This document shows positions 26,932 to 37,277 of a DNA stretch of 64,000 nucleotides, one piece after another. The notes under the pieces are model-generated. The model had not been told where the DNA came from. It saw nothing but the letters and a program-made list of their open reading frames with translations, and made no database searches. Every line of letters begins with the position of its first letter. Positions within the stretch are counted from its first letter, which is position 1. This stretch comes from a virus, in IMG/VR virus record IMGVR_UViG_3300020421_002402, positions 32,001 to 96,000 of that record. One strand, written 5' to 3'. A program made the position numbers and the translations under genes.

Positions 26932-28388
26932 TGAGCATTGATAATTTTAATGAGAAATATTACAAAGAAGGATTCGTAACAGATTTAGAAAATGAAACCT
27001 TTCCCAAAGGTTTGAATGAAGACATTATAAAAAATATTAGTCTACTTAAAGATGAACCAGAGTGGTTACTTGAATACAGATTAAAAGCATTCAAAAGATG
27101 GGAGCAAATGAGTGAACCAGATTGGAGTGAACTGGATTATGAACCAGTTGACTATCAAGAATTAAGTTATTACTCTGCACCTAAAACAAGAAACAAAGAT
27201 GAAATACCACAAGAGATATTAGACACTTTTGAAAAGTTAGGTGTACCATTACATGAACGTGATGCACTTTTGGGTTTAGACACAGAAAAACCAAAACAAG
27301 AAAATCTCATTCCAACAGTAGCCGTTGATGCTGTCTTTGATAGTGTTAGTGTTGCTACAACATTTCAAAAAGAATTAAAGAAGCATGGCATTGTATTTTG
27401 CAGTATCAGTGAAGCAGTTAAAGACCATGAAGAACTAGTTAAAGAATATTTAGGTAGTGTCATACCTTACACAGACAATTACTTTGCTACACTGAACTCT
27501 GCTGTATTCACAGACGGTACTTTTGTGTACATTCCTAAAGGTGTAAAATGTCCTATGGAACTAAACACATACTTTAGAATAAATGCAAGAAACACAGGAC
27601 AATTTGAACGTACACTTATTATTGCAGACGAAGGCAGTTATGTAAGTTACTTAGAAGGTTGTACTGCACCAGCATATGATGAGAATACATTACATGCCGC
27701 CTGTGTAGAATTAATTACTAAAGACAATGCAGAAATAAAATACTCCACAGTACAAAATTGGTATCCAGGTAATGAAGATGGAGTAGGTGGTGTTTATAAC
27801 TTTGTAACAAAACGTGCTAAGTGTGAAGGTAAAAATAGTAAAGTTAGTTGGACCCAAGTAGAAACAGGTTCAGCAGTAACTTGGAAATATCCAAGTTGCA
27901 TTTTAAAAGGTGAAGGTAGTATTGGAGAGTTCTTTAGTGTTGCAGTAACAAAAGGCAAACAACAAGCAGACACAGGAACAAAAATGATACACTTAGGTAA
28001 GAATACCAAAAGCACCATTATATCCAAAGGTATAAGTTTTGGAGACAGCACAAATACATATAGGGGTTCAGTAAAAGTTAATCCAGGAGCCAAGAATGCG
28101 TCTAACTATACAAAGTGTGATAGTTTAATGTTACAAGACAGCAGAGCATTAACTATTCCTTATGTAACTAGTCAAAATGATAGTGCTATGATAGAGCATG
28201 AAGCAAGTGCTGGAAAAATTAGTGAAGAACAAATGTATTATCTAGCAACAAGAGGATTTAGTGAAGATGATGCAATGAATTTGGTTGTAAATGGATTTTG
28301 TAAAGATGTATTCCAAAAACTACCATTAGAGTTTGCCGCAGAAGCCAATCAGTTGTTAGCAGTACAACTGGAAGGTGCAGTTGGATAA
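26931..28388 (+). CDS. sufB: Fe-S cluster assembly protein SufB
   Basis: [48 protein letters not shown]. Confidence 0.97.
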   Translation: MSIDNFNEKYYKEGFVTDLENETFPKGLNEDIIKNISLLKDEPEWLLEYRLKAFKRWEQMSEPDWSELDYEPVDYQELSYYSAPKTRNKDEIPQEILDTFEKLGVPLHERDALLGLDTEKPKQENLIPTVAVDAVFDSVSVATTFQKELKKHGIVFCSISEAVKDHEELVKEYLGSVIPYTDNYFATLNSAVFTDGTFVYIPKGVKCPMELNTYFRINARNTGQFERTLIIADEGSYVSYLEGCTAPAYDENTLHAACVELITKDNAEIKYSTVQNWYPGNEDGVGGVYNFVTKRAKCEGKNSKVSWTQVETGSAVTWKYPSCILKGEGSIGEFFSVAVTKGKQQADTGTKMIHLGKNTKSTIISKGISFGDSTNTYRGSVKVNPGAKNASNYTKCDSLMLQDSRALTIPYVTSQNDSAMIEHEASAGKISEEQMYYLATRGFSEDDAMNLVVNGFCKDVFQKLPLEFAAEANQLLAVQLEGAVG

Positions 28389-28390
28389 TA

Positions 28391-28419
28391 TTGACAATAC
28401 ACACATAAGGTAGTATAAT
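28391..28419 (+). promoter_or_regulatory. internal sigma70 promoter, leaderless sufC
   Basis: TTGACA-17-TATAAT, ATG 6 nt downstream. Confidence 0.8.
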
Positions 28420-28425
28420 AACGGC

Positions 28426-29121
28426 ATGTTAAAATTAAAGAATTTTTCTGTAGAACATATACTTGAAGATATCACAACGACATTTGATTTAGGCAAGACT
28501 TATGTTGTAATGGGAAGTAATGGTGTAGGTAAAAGTACACTATTGCATGGCATTATGGGAAGACCTGACCTTAATGTATCTGGTGAAATAACTTTTTTGG
28601 GTAGTGACCTAACAGAGTTAGAGACAGATGAAAAAGCAAGGTTAGGAATGTTTGTTGGATTCCAAGCACCAACAAGTGTACCTGGTTTAAGTAATTTTCA
28701 ATTTATGAAACAAGCATTAAACATATCAGGTAAAGATATTGCAGAGACATTAAGAAATTTTAAAGACATAAGTGGTAAACTTAACTTGCCTGATAATTGG
28801 GACAAAAGAAACCTTAACACAGATGCTAGTGGTGGTGAGAAAAAGAAAAATGAACTTATTCAAATGAGTATGCTTAACACCAAACTGGCAATGCTTGATG
28901 AACCAGACAGTGGATTAGACGTTGATGGTATCAAAGCATTAATAGAACAACTTAACGAATGGCGTAATAATGATAACACTTTAATTGTTGTTACACACTA
29001 TCAAAAATTAGTTGAAGGCTTGAACCCAGACAAAGTATTAGTCTTGAAAAAAGACGGAGTTCTATCAGGCGGTATTGAACTTGCAGATAAAATATTTAGT
29101 CAAGGGTTTGAAAGTGTATAA
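28426..29121 (+). CDS. sufC: Fe-S assembly ATPase SufC
   Basis: GSNGVGKST, SGGEKKK, LDEPDSGLDVD, VTHY. Confidence 0.95.
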   Translation: MLKLKNFSVEHILEDITTTFDLGKTYVVMGSNGVGKSTLLHGIMGRPDLNVSGEITFLGSDLTELETDEKARLGMFVGFQAPTSVPGLSNFQFMKQALNISGKDIAETLRNFKDISGKLNLPDNWDKRNLNTDASGGEKKKNELIQMSMLNTKLAMLDEPDSGLDVDGIKALIEQLNEWRNNDNTLIVVTHYQKLVEGLNPDKVLVLKKDGVLSGGIELADKIFSQGFESV

Positions 29122-30391
29122 AAATTTATTCTATAGAGAAACATTAGAACCAACAAAATCTTATGATAGTTTCTACACTATACAAGACTTGTATGATTTT
29201 GTTACAGGCGAAAATACAAAAACCAAAGACTATCATCATTTAAAACACAAACTAAATAATTTTTACACAGGTTATAACAACAATGTAGATTATATTACAG
29301 GCACCGGTTTACCCAATCCAAAGTCTGAACAGTTTAACTTTGCAAACTTGCATAAATTTTATAACAAAGAAATACTGTGGTCAAGTTCTCCAGCAGAAAA
29401 ACAATACCTAGCAGACTTAGAACCTTTTGAAACAGTAGCATTCAAAAAGAATACATTATTGTTTAATGATGGTATGGTTTTTCCTAGCAACGATTTAGGA
29501 ATAAAGAAACCTTTTCAATTACAAATTTTAGACCAAATAAAAGTAAACAGAAACAAACAAGATGAATATGTAAAGTTAATTAGAAACACAGAAAACTTTT
29601 CTAACTTTACATACGCATTCTCGCCTTTTTTGAATACAATAATTATACCTTCTGGTGCTAATGGATCATTTATGAAAAATCCAATTAGTATTAATTATGT
29701 GAACAAAAATTCTAAAGGCATATTAGAATGCAATACAAATATTATAGATGTACAACACAAAACAAAAGTTCATTTAAAAGAGAATGTAAAATTACAATCT
29801 GGACAAATGAATAACATAATTTATGTTGTGAGAGAAAACAGTGAACTAGTCATAGATAGAGTTACAAATGATTTTGGTGGCTTCGGTATATTTGATAGCA
29901 AATTTATTTGCCACCCCAACAGTAAAATTACTATTAATTTTAAAAATACAGGATCCGACTATTATCAAGAAAACTTTTATTTTGATATGACTACAAATGT
30001 AGACTTAACACTAAATGGCAGGAATAACATTTACAAAGGACATGAATATCATCAATACGTTCATGTAGACAGTAGAAGTTCAGACAACAAAAGTACTATA
30101 GATATAAAAAATGTTGGAAATGAAAAAGTCAATACAAGTTTTATAGGAAGGTTTGATGTTAGTCCTAATAGTGTGGGTTTTGATGGTCACATGAAAAATG
30201 AAAATTTAATGTTGACTCCAAATACAAAAATGCACTCCAGACCCATACTAGATATACATACCAAAGAAATTGAGTGTACTCATGGTTGTACCATAAGTAA
30301 TATAGATAAAAGCAAATTATATTATTTGCAGAGCCGAGGCCTTCCAAAAGACATAGCCGAGGACGTATTAGTAAGTAGTTTTTTATGTTAA
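29114..30391 (+). CDS. sufD: SufD (divergent)
   Basis: C-terminal NLML..HSRPILDI..ECTHG.TI..LYYLQSRG; GTG start inferred. Confidence 0.85.
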   Translation: MYKNLFYRETLEPTKSYDSFYTIQDLYDFVTGENTKTKDYHHLKHKLNNFYTGYNNNVDYITGTGLPNPKSEQFNFANLHKFYNKEILWSSSPAEKQYLADLEPFETVAFKKNTLLFNDGMVFPSNDLGIKKPFQLQILDQIKVNRNKQDEYVKLIRNTENFSNFTYAFSPFLNTIIIPSGANGSFMKNPISINYVNKNSKGILECNTNIIDVQHKTKVHLKENVKLQSGQMNNIIYVVRENSELVIDRVTNDFGGFGIFDSKFICHPNSKITINFKNTGSDYYQENFYFDMTTNVDLTLNGRNNIYKGHEYHQYVHVDSRSSDNKSTIDIKNVGNEKVNTSFIGRFDVSPNSVGFDGHMKNENLMLTPNTKMHSRPILDIHTKEIECTHGCTISNIDKSKLYYLQSRGLPKDIAEDVLVSSFLC

Positions 30392-31599
30392 AAGTTTATA
30401 AAAAAGCAAAAGATATCAAACAGATTAGGAATTGTTTTCCTAGTTTAGCATATAGCGAATTGACATACTTGGACAATGCCGCAAGTAGTCAAACTGTTGA
30501 TAGTTCAATCAAAGCGGTAAGTGATTATCACTACAATTACAGAGCAAATGTTCATAGGGGAGACTTTAAGACTAGTACTATTGCAAGTGACAAGTATGAC
30601 GAAGCAAGAGTAGAAGTTGCAAAACTTATTAATGCTGAACCACATGAGATTGCTTTTACAAATGGTACAACTGCAAGTTTAAACATAATTGCAGATTGGA
30701 CTCCATTAGAGCCAGCAGTAATTATGACTGAGGTAGAGCATCACAGTAACATTTTACCTTGGATGCAACAAGGTAGAACAAAAGCAAACGGTCAATTAGT
30801 TATAGTACCAGGCAATGATGAAGGTAATGTAGATGTTAATGCTTGGTATGAAACAATAAAAGATAATCCAGGAAGTGTTTGCAGTTTCTTAACACAAAGT
30901 AATTTTACAGGACAAGAACTTCCTTGGCAACAAATGATAATGATTGCAAAGGAACATGACTGTGAAGTTGTAATAGATGCATGCCAAAGCATAGGACATA
31001 AACCGATAGATGTTAAAAAGAATGATATAGATTGGATGGCATTTAGTGGTCACAAGATGTATGCAAGTACAGGTACAGGAGTATTGTATCACAAAGGTGG
31101 ATTTGATGATGTTCAAACATGGTTAGGTGGAGGAACAATTACACAATGTGATTTTGATACATTCACTATGAAAAGAGGACCTGAAAGAATGGAAGCCGGT
31201 ACACCAAATGTTGCAGGTGTTCACAGTTTAGGTGCGGCGGCAAAATGGATACAAGATATCACATACAATGAAATACATGAATGTGAAACAGAATTTTTTA
31301 ATATGTTAAAAGACAAAGGTCTATTTGACATAGAACAAATGGAACTTATTGGACCTACTAAACCAAATAGTGTTTATAGTTTCAAAGTAAAAGGTACAAG
31401 TCCAAGTGACTTGGCAGGATTTTTAGACATGCAAAATGTTTGTGTGAGGACGGGCCATATGTGTGCCTATCCGGCAAGTTATAGATATACAAATAGTGAT
31501 GGGATTTTACGAGTTAGTTCAGCACCATATAATGATGAACATGATTGCGTAAAATTAGTTGAGGGATTATGGCAGGCGATAGAAAAGATGAAACTGTAG
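30385..31599 (+). CDS. sufS: cysteine desulfurase SufS
   Basis: YLDNAASSQ, EHHSN, FSGHKM, EAGTP, RTGHMCA. Confidence 0.93.
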   Translation: MLKVYKKAKDIKQIRNCFPSLAYSELTYLDNAASSQTVDSSIKAVSDYHYNYRANVHRGDFKTSTIASDKYDEARVEVAKLINAEPHEIAFTNGTTASLNIIADWTPLEPAVIMTEVEHHSNILPWMQQGRTKANGQLVIVPGNDEGNVDVNAWYETIKDNPGSVCSFLTQSNFTGQELPWQQMIMIAKEHDCEVVIDACQSIGHKPIDVKKNDIDWMAFSGHKMYASTGTGVLYHKGGFDDVQTWLGGGTITQCDFDTFTMKRGPERMEAGTPNVAGVHSLGAAAKWIQDITYNEIHECETEFFNMLKDKGLFDIEQMELIGPTKPNSVYSFKVKGTSPSDLAGFLDMQNVCVRTGHMCAYPASYRYTNSDGILRVSSAPYNDEHDCVKLVEGLWQAIEKMKL

Positions 31600-31925
31600 G
31601 ACCACCTGATAATTTACAGGACCAATTAGTAGAACAAATCATAGCAAACTTGCGTAGAGTTTACGATCCTGAATTAAACTTAAATGTTTACGATTTAGGT
31701 TTGATTTATGAAGTTGCAGTGAATAAAGAATATGACGCACAAGTTATCATGACACTTACTACACCTAATTGTCCAGCCGCAGAAATAATTCCAATGGAAA
31801 TAGAGTTTGCCACTAGAGCAGTTGAGTGCATTAATAAAGTGAACATTGTTTTAACCTTTGATCCACCCTGGGACCCCCATGTGATGGTAAGTGATGAAGG
31901 TAAGTACCAATTGGGACTACTATGA
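31569..31925 (+). CDS. sufT: DUF59/SufT Fe-S maturation protein
   Basis: VYDPEL..DLGLIY, MTLTTPNCP, FDPPW. Confidence 0.9.
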   Translation: MAGDRKDETVGPPDNLQDQLVEQIIANLRRVYDPELNLNVYDLGLIYEVAVNKEYDAQVIMTLTTPNCPAAEIIPMEIEFATRAVECINKVNIVLTFDPPWDPHVMVSDEGKYQLGLL

Positions 31926-32305
31926 GCATTAAGAAAGAATTTAATATACAAGAAACAACTACACCTAGTCCTGATACTGTAATCAAAACAGATAAGGGTG
32001 ATGAGTTTAGTATAGGTGAAATCCAACATTCAAAAAGGATAACTAAGAGTGCTACACCAAAAGGTGACCTAAGTTGGTATGTAAAATGGATAAGCAGTAT
32101 GTTTGTTCTATCGGCTGTGATGATGCGTTCTCAAGATGGCGATATGTTCCAAACAGCAGACAGAGTTCTTAGTTTGATAGGTTGTTTGGGTTGGACATGG
32201 GTTGGACTTTTGTGGAAGGATAGAGCCCTAATTATCCTGAATGCAATCATCGTATTTGCCCTTGGATCAGCACTTTTAGGGCAATTTTTCAGATATTTTA
32301 CATAA
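31922..32305 (+). CDS. small membrane protein (DUF6552-like)
   Basis: WYVKW..WKDRALIILN; 3 TMs. Confidence 0.6.
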   Translation: MSIKKEFNIQETTTPSPDTVIKTDKGDEFSIGEIQHSKRITKSATPKGDLSWYVKWISSMFVLSAVMMRSQDGDMFQTADRVLSLIGCLGWTWVGLLWKDRALIILNAIIVFALGSALLGQFFRYFT

Positions 32306-32331
32306 ATTTACCAAAAAAACTGGTAAAAAGG

Positions 32332-32359
32332 TTGACTTTACTCCAAAAAGACGTATAAT
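32332..32359 (+). promoter_or_regulatory. early promoter with conserved upstream block
   Basis: TTGACT-16-TATAAT; upstream resembles 441-466. Confidence 0.75.
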
Positions 32360-32391
32360 AGTATATGTAGGTTAAGGAAAAGGAGTAATTA

Positions 32392-32913
32392 ATGTATAAA
32401 GTATTTCAAATTAAAATCAACAGCGAAGTCCATAACTTTGTGAATAGCAATGACAGAGGACACACTGGTGCTGAAGAAAAGTATCCAATTTACGAAACAT
32501 ATATGAGATTGACTCATAGTTTCCGTGATGCTATTAAATTCAAAGATACTGACTTTCAACATTTTACCCATGTTGCTTCTGTAAAGAAGGACGCAGGTCT
32601 TGTTGATAGTTCCGGTGATAGTTGGCAGGTACGTGATTTGGAAGATGTGTTTGCTGTTTTAAACGGTAGATACTATGACGAGGATACTGAAAAAGATCCT
32701 GTGTTCGATGTTCATGTAAGCGATTACAAAATGAAAACTGTTACTCGCAAAGACGGTGAAGTAGTAACTTTCCGTGACATGCACTCTTTGAGTGTTGGTG
32801 ATATTGTTCAAGACGTTGACAACGGTACATTCCATATTGTTGCTAGTTTTGGATTTGAAGATGTTACTGACCAAATAAAAAATTATGTTGAACAATCACT
32901 AGAGGTGGCTTAA
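32392..32913 (+). CDS. hypothetical protein with HSLSVGD (YodL-like) motif
   Basis: MHSLSVGDIV..GF; AAGGAG RBS. Confidence 0.7.
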   Translation: MYKVFQIKINSEVHNFVNSNDRGHTGAEEKYPIYETYMRLTHSFRDAIKFKDTDFQHFTHVASVKKDAGLVDSSGDSWQVRDLEDVFAVLNGRYYDEDTEKDPVFDVHVSDYKMKTVTRKDGEVVTFRDMHSLSVGDIVQDVDNGTFHIVASFGFEDVTDQIKNYVEQSLEVA

Positions 32914-33152
32914 TGAAAGTAGATTTAAAAATGGCACAGTCCTTCAACAAGGCTGTAACAAATCCTGAAAATATTCAGGCTAATGGGCATGTCAACTGGA
33001 ACTTTGTAGATGCAGACGTTTACATGGATGTTGGTCCTCGTGACACAGATGGCAATCCTGCAAACAACCAAAAGCATTATGCGATGTTTGATGTTCTAGC
33101 AGATGCATTTGAAAAAGCAAATGGTAAACAAGTTCAATCAAGCATTCGATAA
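32913..33152 (+). CDS. hypothetical protein (NWNFVDAD motif)
   Basis: TAATG coupling, GAGG RBS. Confidence 0.7.
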   Translation: MKVDLKMAQSFNKAVTNPENIQANGHVNWNFVDADVYMDVGPRDTDGNPANNQKHYAMFDVLADAFEKANGKQVQSSIR

Positions 33153-33166
33153 AAACAAACCAACTC

Positions 33167-33195
33167 AATGCCCGGCACATGTCGGGCATTTTTTT
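33167..33195 (+). terminator. intrinsic terminator
   Basis: AATGCCCGGC-ACAT-GTCGGGCATT-T5. Confidence 0.85.
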
Positions 33196-33232
33196 CTTGA
33201 CATTTGCCACTTAATCCGGTAAAATACTAATT

Positions 33233-33676
33233 ATGACAATGCATTTAGCACAAGGTCTAACGACCATAAGAAATAAAAAGTACAAGCCTAAAATGACTAA
33301 GGCTAACATTGCCAAGTGGGAAGAAGGTTTGAGAAAGAAAAACAAAGAACACAAAAGGCTAGGTTTGCCCAAGTGGACTTTTGAACAGTATGTTGATTAC
33401 TGTCACGGTATATCGCCTAAAATAGATCCTAGGCGAAAAGAAGCATTCAAATCTGCTGTTCCTAATCATTTTCAAAATGAACGGTATAAGGAAATGCAAG
33501 AACATGCCAAGAAGTATCCTAGTATGCCTTTGACAAGTAGAGGCGGTACTGCTGAAGATATTGAGTGGCAAAAAGAAAAAGCAGAAATATGTAAGAATTA
33601 CACTATTGCTCCTGCTTACAACAAAGGTGCTTATCAAGTAATTGGTAAGAACAACATTAAAGATATAGGAAAATGA
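33233..33676 (+). CDS. phage hypothetical (APAYNKGAYQ motif)
   Basis: Leaderless after TTGACA-17-TAAAAT 33197-33225. Confidence 0.75.
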   Translation: MTMHLAQGLTTIRNKKYKPKMTKANIAKWEEGLRKKNKEHKRLGLPKWTFEQYVDYCHGISPKIDPRRKEAFKSAVPNHFQNERYKEMQEHAKKYPSMPLTSRGGTAEDIEWQKEKAEICKNYTIAPAYNKGAYQVIGKNNIKDIGK

Positions 33677-33873
33677 CTTTTACAGTAAAAGAAGCCCAAG
33701 CAGTAATAGGTAGACTTAAAGGAGACACTATAAGTTGCTGTCTTTGTGCTGAGCCTGTAAAAGAAATTGATAGTCATAATGCTTGGCCCGTTGTAGATGG
33801 TAGGTGTTGTGAAACTTGTAATTATGTTGTAGTTGTTCCTGCGAGATTAAAAGCAGTTGATGGACAGGACTGA
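33673..33873 (+). CDS. small Cys-rich protein
   Basis: CCLC..HNAWP..GRCCETCN. Confidence 0.65.
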   Translation: MTFTVKEAQAVIGRLKGDTISCCLCAEPVKEIDSHNAWPVVDGRCCETCNYVVVVPARLKAVDGQD

Positions 33874-33943
33874 TGCGTAACCCAATACCAGATATCATAA
33901 TAACACTCTTTATACTAACTTTAGTATATGTTGCAGTACATCA

Positions 33944-34264
33944 ATGGACAGGAGTAATGGTATGACATCAAATTGTATATCACATCAAGAAGTAGCAAAG
34001 GTATTACATGCAGATGGCAGTTCCTATAAAATGGGAACACTAGTATATGGTACCTATGAAGAAATAGAAGAATGGTGTGAAAAGAATAACATGTGGGTAG
34101 ACAAGTATATGGATCATGTTAATCCTAGCACATTATACAATACTGCTGAATGGGTAGGGACTGGATTATCAGATCCCTTTGCAGTCAGTGTTCCATTTGA
34201 TTATAGAAAGAGTAGAGCAATGGGCACATTCAATACTAGAGGTGTAAATTTAGACAAATGGTAG
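33944..34264 (+). CDS. hypothetical protein
   Basis: ORF; start may be ATG 33962. Confidence 0.6.
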   Translation: MDRSNGMTSNCISHQEVAKVLHADGSSYKMGTLVYGTYEEIEEWCEKNNMWVDKYMDHVNPSTLYNTAEWVGTGLSDPFAVSVPFDYRKSRAMGTFNTRGVNLDKW

Positions 34265-34419
34265 AAAGAATAAAACATTGGGCAGATGTATGTAAAATAC
34301 ATTGGAAAGAAATCATATCTCTTGCTATTGCTTTACATTGGCTTATGGATTTAATAATTATTATACCATTGTCATTAGCAATAGGATATTTTACAGGAGT
34401 ACATTTTGGCGGACACTAA
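34258..34419 (+). CDS. small membrane protein (below ORF-track cutoff)
   Basis: MVERIKHWADVCKIHWKEIISLAIALHWLMDLIIIIPLSLAIGYFTGVHFGGH. Confidence 0.55.
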   Translation: MVERIKHWADVCKIHWKEIISLAIALHWLMDLIIIIPLSLAIGYFTGVHFGGH

Positions 34420-34752
34420 ACACATAGGATATCCTTTACCGTCTGAAATGTTTCATGGAACGGTGAGAGAAGATTTTGTTAAGCACGAAGCAATAAGTGA
34501 ATTACTAGATATTGATTTAAAGTGTCCTTATTGTGAAAAAACTTTATTAACAGCAAATGAGAGAAACAAAAAAAGGTAGAAAACAATGAAAGAATATGAA
34601 AAAATTAAAAAACAGCAGTCTGAACAATTAGGTTCTATAGATGATGTACATCCTATGAAACAGGTTGCTATAATGTCAGTTATACAAATGCTAATGTTAG
34701 CAGGTGTAGGTATTGCGATGTATATGATTGCAATATCATTTTAGGAGAGAGA

Positions 34753-34956
34753 ATGGCAGAAGACAAAGATAAATCAAACAAAGGTCAATGGCATGGTGGC
34801 AAAGGTTCTGTGCAAAAACCTAATGACCAAGATAAATTTGCAGATGGCTGGGACGCCATATGGGGTAAGAATAAAGACACAGAATTAACAAGGAGAGAAC
34901 AAGTATTGTTAGATCCATTAGAAGCAAGTAAGCGAAGCGACAAAAGGAAAAAATGA
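34753..34956 (+). CDS. hypothetical protein
   Basis: AGGAG RBS; WHGGKGS..GWDAIWG. Confidence 0.65.
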   Translation: MAEDKDKSNKGQWHGGKGSVQKPNDQDKFADGWDAIWGKNKDTELTRREQVLLDPLEASKRSDKRKK

Positions 34957-35222
34957 CTTTACCAGATGTAATAGGACTAATAGGAGTTGCATTACTAATT
35001 GTCACTTATGCACTACTGCAATTAGATAGAATTGATCCTAAAGGATTTTGGTACAGTTTTAATAACTTATTGGTAGCAATACTTGTTACTGTAAGTTTAG
35101 TTTATACTCCAAACCTTGCTAGTATAGTAATTGAAGTATTTTGGTTCCTTATTAGTTTGTATGGAGTTGTTATGTTTTTTAAGAGAAAAGACTTGACAAA
35201 TAATAAAAATAGTATAACATAA
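34953..35222 (+). CDS. CBU_0592-like membrane protein
   Basis: IGLIGV..Y.LLQ..YSFNN..N..S..IE.FW.LIS.YG. Confidence 0.7.
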   Translation: MTLPDVIGLIGVALLIVTYALLQLDRIDPKGFWYSFNNLLVAILVTVSLVYTPNLASIVIEVFWFLISLYGVVMFFKRKDLTNNKNSIT

Positions 35223-35257
35223 GTTAATAACATAAAGACCGAGGAGGGTCGTTCACT

Positions 35258-36421
35258 ATGGAAATGAAAACTTATGCTGATAAGATAAATCAGCAATTCA
35301 CAGAAGAAGCAAGTAATCTTGTTTCATTACAACAACGTCTAAATGATGCACTAGAACTAAATCCAGTATTTGCAAAAATGCTAGATGGTGCAGTAGACGA
35401 ATTCAAACGTAGAAACAAACAATGGAAGTCATTTAATGATATGACATTGTGTAATGCCATACCGGCAAAACTTAGTGATGTGGTAATTGATACTACATTA
35501 CAACGTCCTTTAAACATTAGGCACATTATAAAGATACTTGGCTACTTTAGTCAAAGTATGGTTATGCCTATTCAAGTGTACAAAGAAGTGCCACCAGGAG
35601 CGGAATGGATTGCATGGGATGGACAACATACTGCTATTACATTATATATAATTGCAACAAAAGTTTTTGGCGAACGTCCTGCTAATGTAGAAATTCCAGT
35701 TGTGGAATATCCAGTAGACAACAAGTTAGAAATTAGACGTAACTTTATTTTATTAAATGGAGATGCTAAAGAACCACTAGACTTTATTGATACATTTAAA
35801 CAAATGGTATTTGGAGTTAGAGTAGATGGCGCAACTGATGAAGATTGGAAAGACTCAGAACAAAAACAACAATACTTAGAACAATCTGGTATTTTTGCTA
35901 CAAACAGTAAGTTTGGTGATGAAGATGAGAATGGTGCATTTACATTGTTAGCAGATACGTTAATGAGTAAAAGCCTTAAAACTAGAAAACATCCAGACAT
36001 TACTAAAATGTTTACTAGTTATTGGAGTTACTTAAACAATGACAGACCAGTACAAGCCAAGGAGGCTAGGCAGTTATACGAATACTTTGATGCATGTTAC
36101 TCACAAGGTATTACAGTAGATGATGATTACTGTAGAAAACTTGCAGACTTTACTAAAGAATACTTTGAAGCAGACTTTAGTGAGAATGGAATGTTTTGGG
36201 ATAAGGTAAAAATTAGTTATTCAAATTGGTATCGAGGTGCTAACAAGCATAGTGAAGATAAAAATGAGGATGGCGAAATTATTGTTAGAGGGTTTACTAC
36301 AGAATGGCGTTGTGGCGGACCTTTCCTTATTGCACAAATTAAGAAAAGTACAGACTTAAAAACTCCAACATACTCTCCTAATAATGGGTATAGTGTATTG
36401 GATTTTGAATTATGGCAATAA
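35258..36421 (+). CDS. ParB/DGQHR-like domain protein
   Basis: LQRPLN..H, IAWDGQHT, F..LN motifs; GAGGAGG RBS. Confidence 0.6.
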   Translation: MEMKTYADKINQQFTEEASNLVSLQQRLNDALELNPVFAKMLDGAVDEFKRRNKQWKSFNDMTLCNAIPAKLSDVVIDTTLQRPLNIRHIIKILGYFSQSMVMPIQVYKEVPPGAEWIAWDGQHTAITLYIIATKVFGERPANVEIPVVEYPVDNKLEIRRNFILLNGDAKEPLDFIDTFKQMVFGVRVDGATDEDWKDSEQKQQYLEQSGIFATNSKFGDEDENGAFTLLADTLMSKSLKTRKHPDITKMFTSYWSYLNNDRPVQAKEARQLYEYFDACYSQGITVDDDYCRKLADFTKEYFEADFSENGMFWDKVKISYSNWYRGANKHSEDKNEDGEIIVRGFTTEWRCGGPFLIAQIKKSTDLKTPTYSPNNGYSVLDFELWQ

Positions 36422-36855
36422 GAGATCCAAAAAAAGATAGGTTAAAGTCTAATTCAGTCTTAAAAGAACAATTAGACAAACCTTGTATGCTAGAGGACTG
36501 TGATAATACTATCAGTATATATGACGGTCCTGGTAGCAACGTCTTGTGTAGAGAGCATCAATTAGAATGTGTTGAATATGGAGGCATGGGTAAACCAGAA
36601 AGACCTTGGACATTTTATAGAACTATGGAATGTGCAAAGTGTGGATATAACCCAACTGAAGATACACAGTTTGATGAGATAGAAGATGAGTACCATAGAC
36701 TTCGTGTAATGCGAGCCATTATGCATGGTGACCATATACACCTAAAGAGCCAAGGTGGTGCTAATACGAAGGATAATATACAGACATTGTGTGTTAAATG
36801 CCATATGATAAAAACATACAAGGAGAAGGATTACTTAGGTGCCAAACAAAGATAG
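36412..36855 (+). CDS. HNH endonuclease with extra Cys clusters
   Basis: CAKCG..DHIHLKSQGGANTKDNIQTLCVKCH. Confidence 0.85.
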   Translation: MAIRDPKKDRLKSNSVLKEQLDKPCMLEDCDNTISIYDGPGSNVLCREHQLECVEYGGMGKPERPWTFYRTMECAKCGYNPTEDTQFDEIEDEYHRLRVMRAIMHGDHIHLKSQGGANTKDNIQTLCVKCHMIKTYKEKDYLGAKQR

Positions 36856-37231
36856 GCTAGAAATGGAGAACTTCTTGGAAGGTTCTGTAAACGAAGAACT
36901 AAAAGATTTGCAAGGAGCATTGTTGGTATTGAGTGCTCCTTGTAATGATGATGCTGACTATGAGCATATGACAGAAGCGGCTGTACACAATGCAATAAAA
37001 CCTTTTACTAAATGGTTTGACAATAATGAAATAGAGTATGAGATACGCATGAGTTATGGCAAGCCACATGCTAGTTATGGTATGGATAATGTTCAGTTTA
37101 GTGTGAATGTGTGGATAAGACCTTTGGGTAAAAAGTTCACTGAAGAAGAAAGAATGATATTTGAATTGAAGTTTGCAAATAAGTTTCCTATTAAAAGTTT
37201 ACAAAAATATATGGAAGACCTATTCAAATAA
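36839..37231 (+). CDS. hypothetical protein
   Basis: ORF; start uncertain. Confidence 0.6.
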   Translation: MPNKDRLEMENFLEGSVNEELKDLQGALLVLSAPCNDDADYEHMTEAAVHNAIKPFTKWFDNNEIEYEIRMSYGKPHASYGMDNVQFSVNVWIRPLGKKFTEEERMIFELKFANKFPIKSLQKYMEDLFK

Positions 37232-37277
37232 GTATAAATACACTTATCATTAAAACTAGTTTTAAAGGAGAAGTTTT

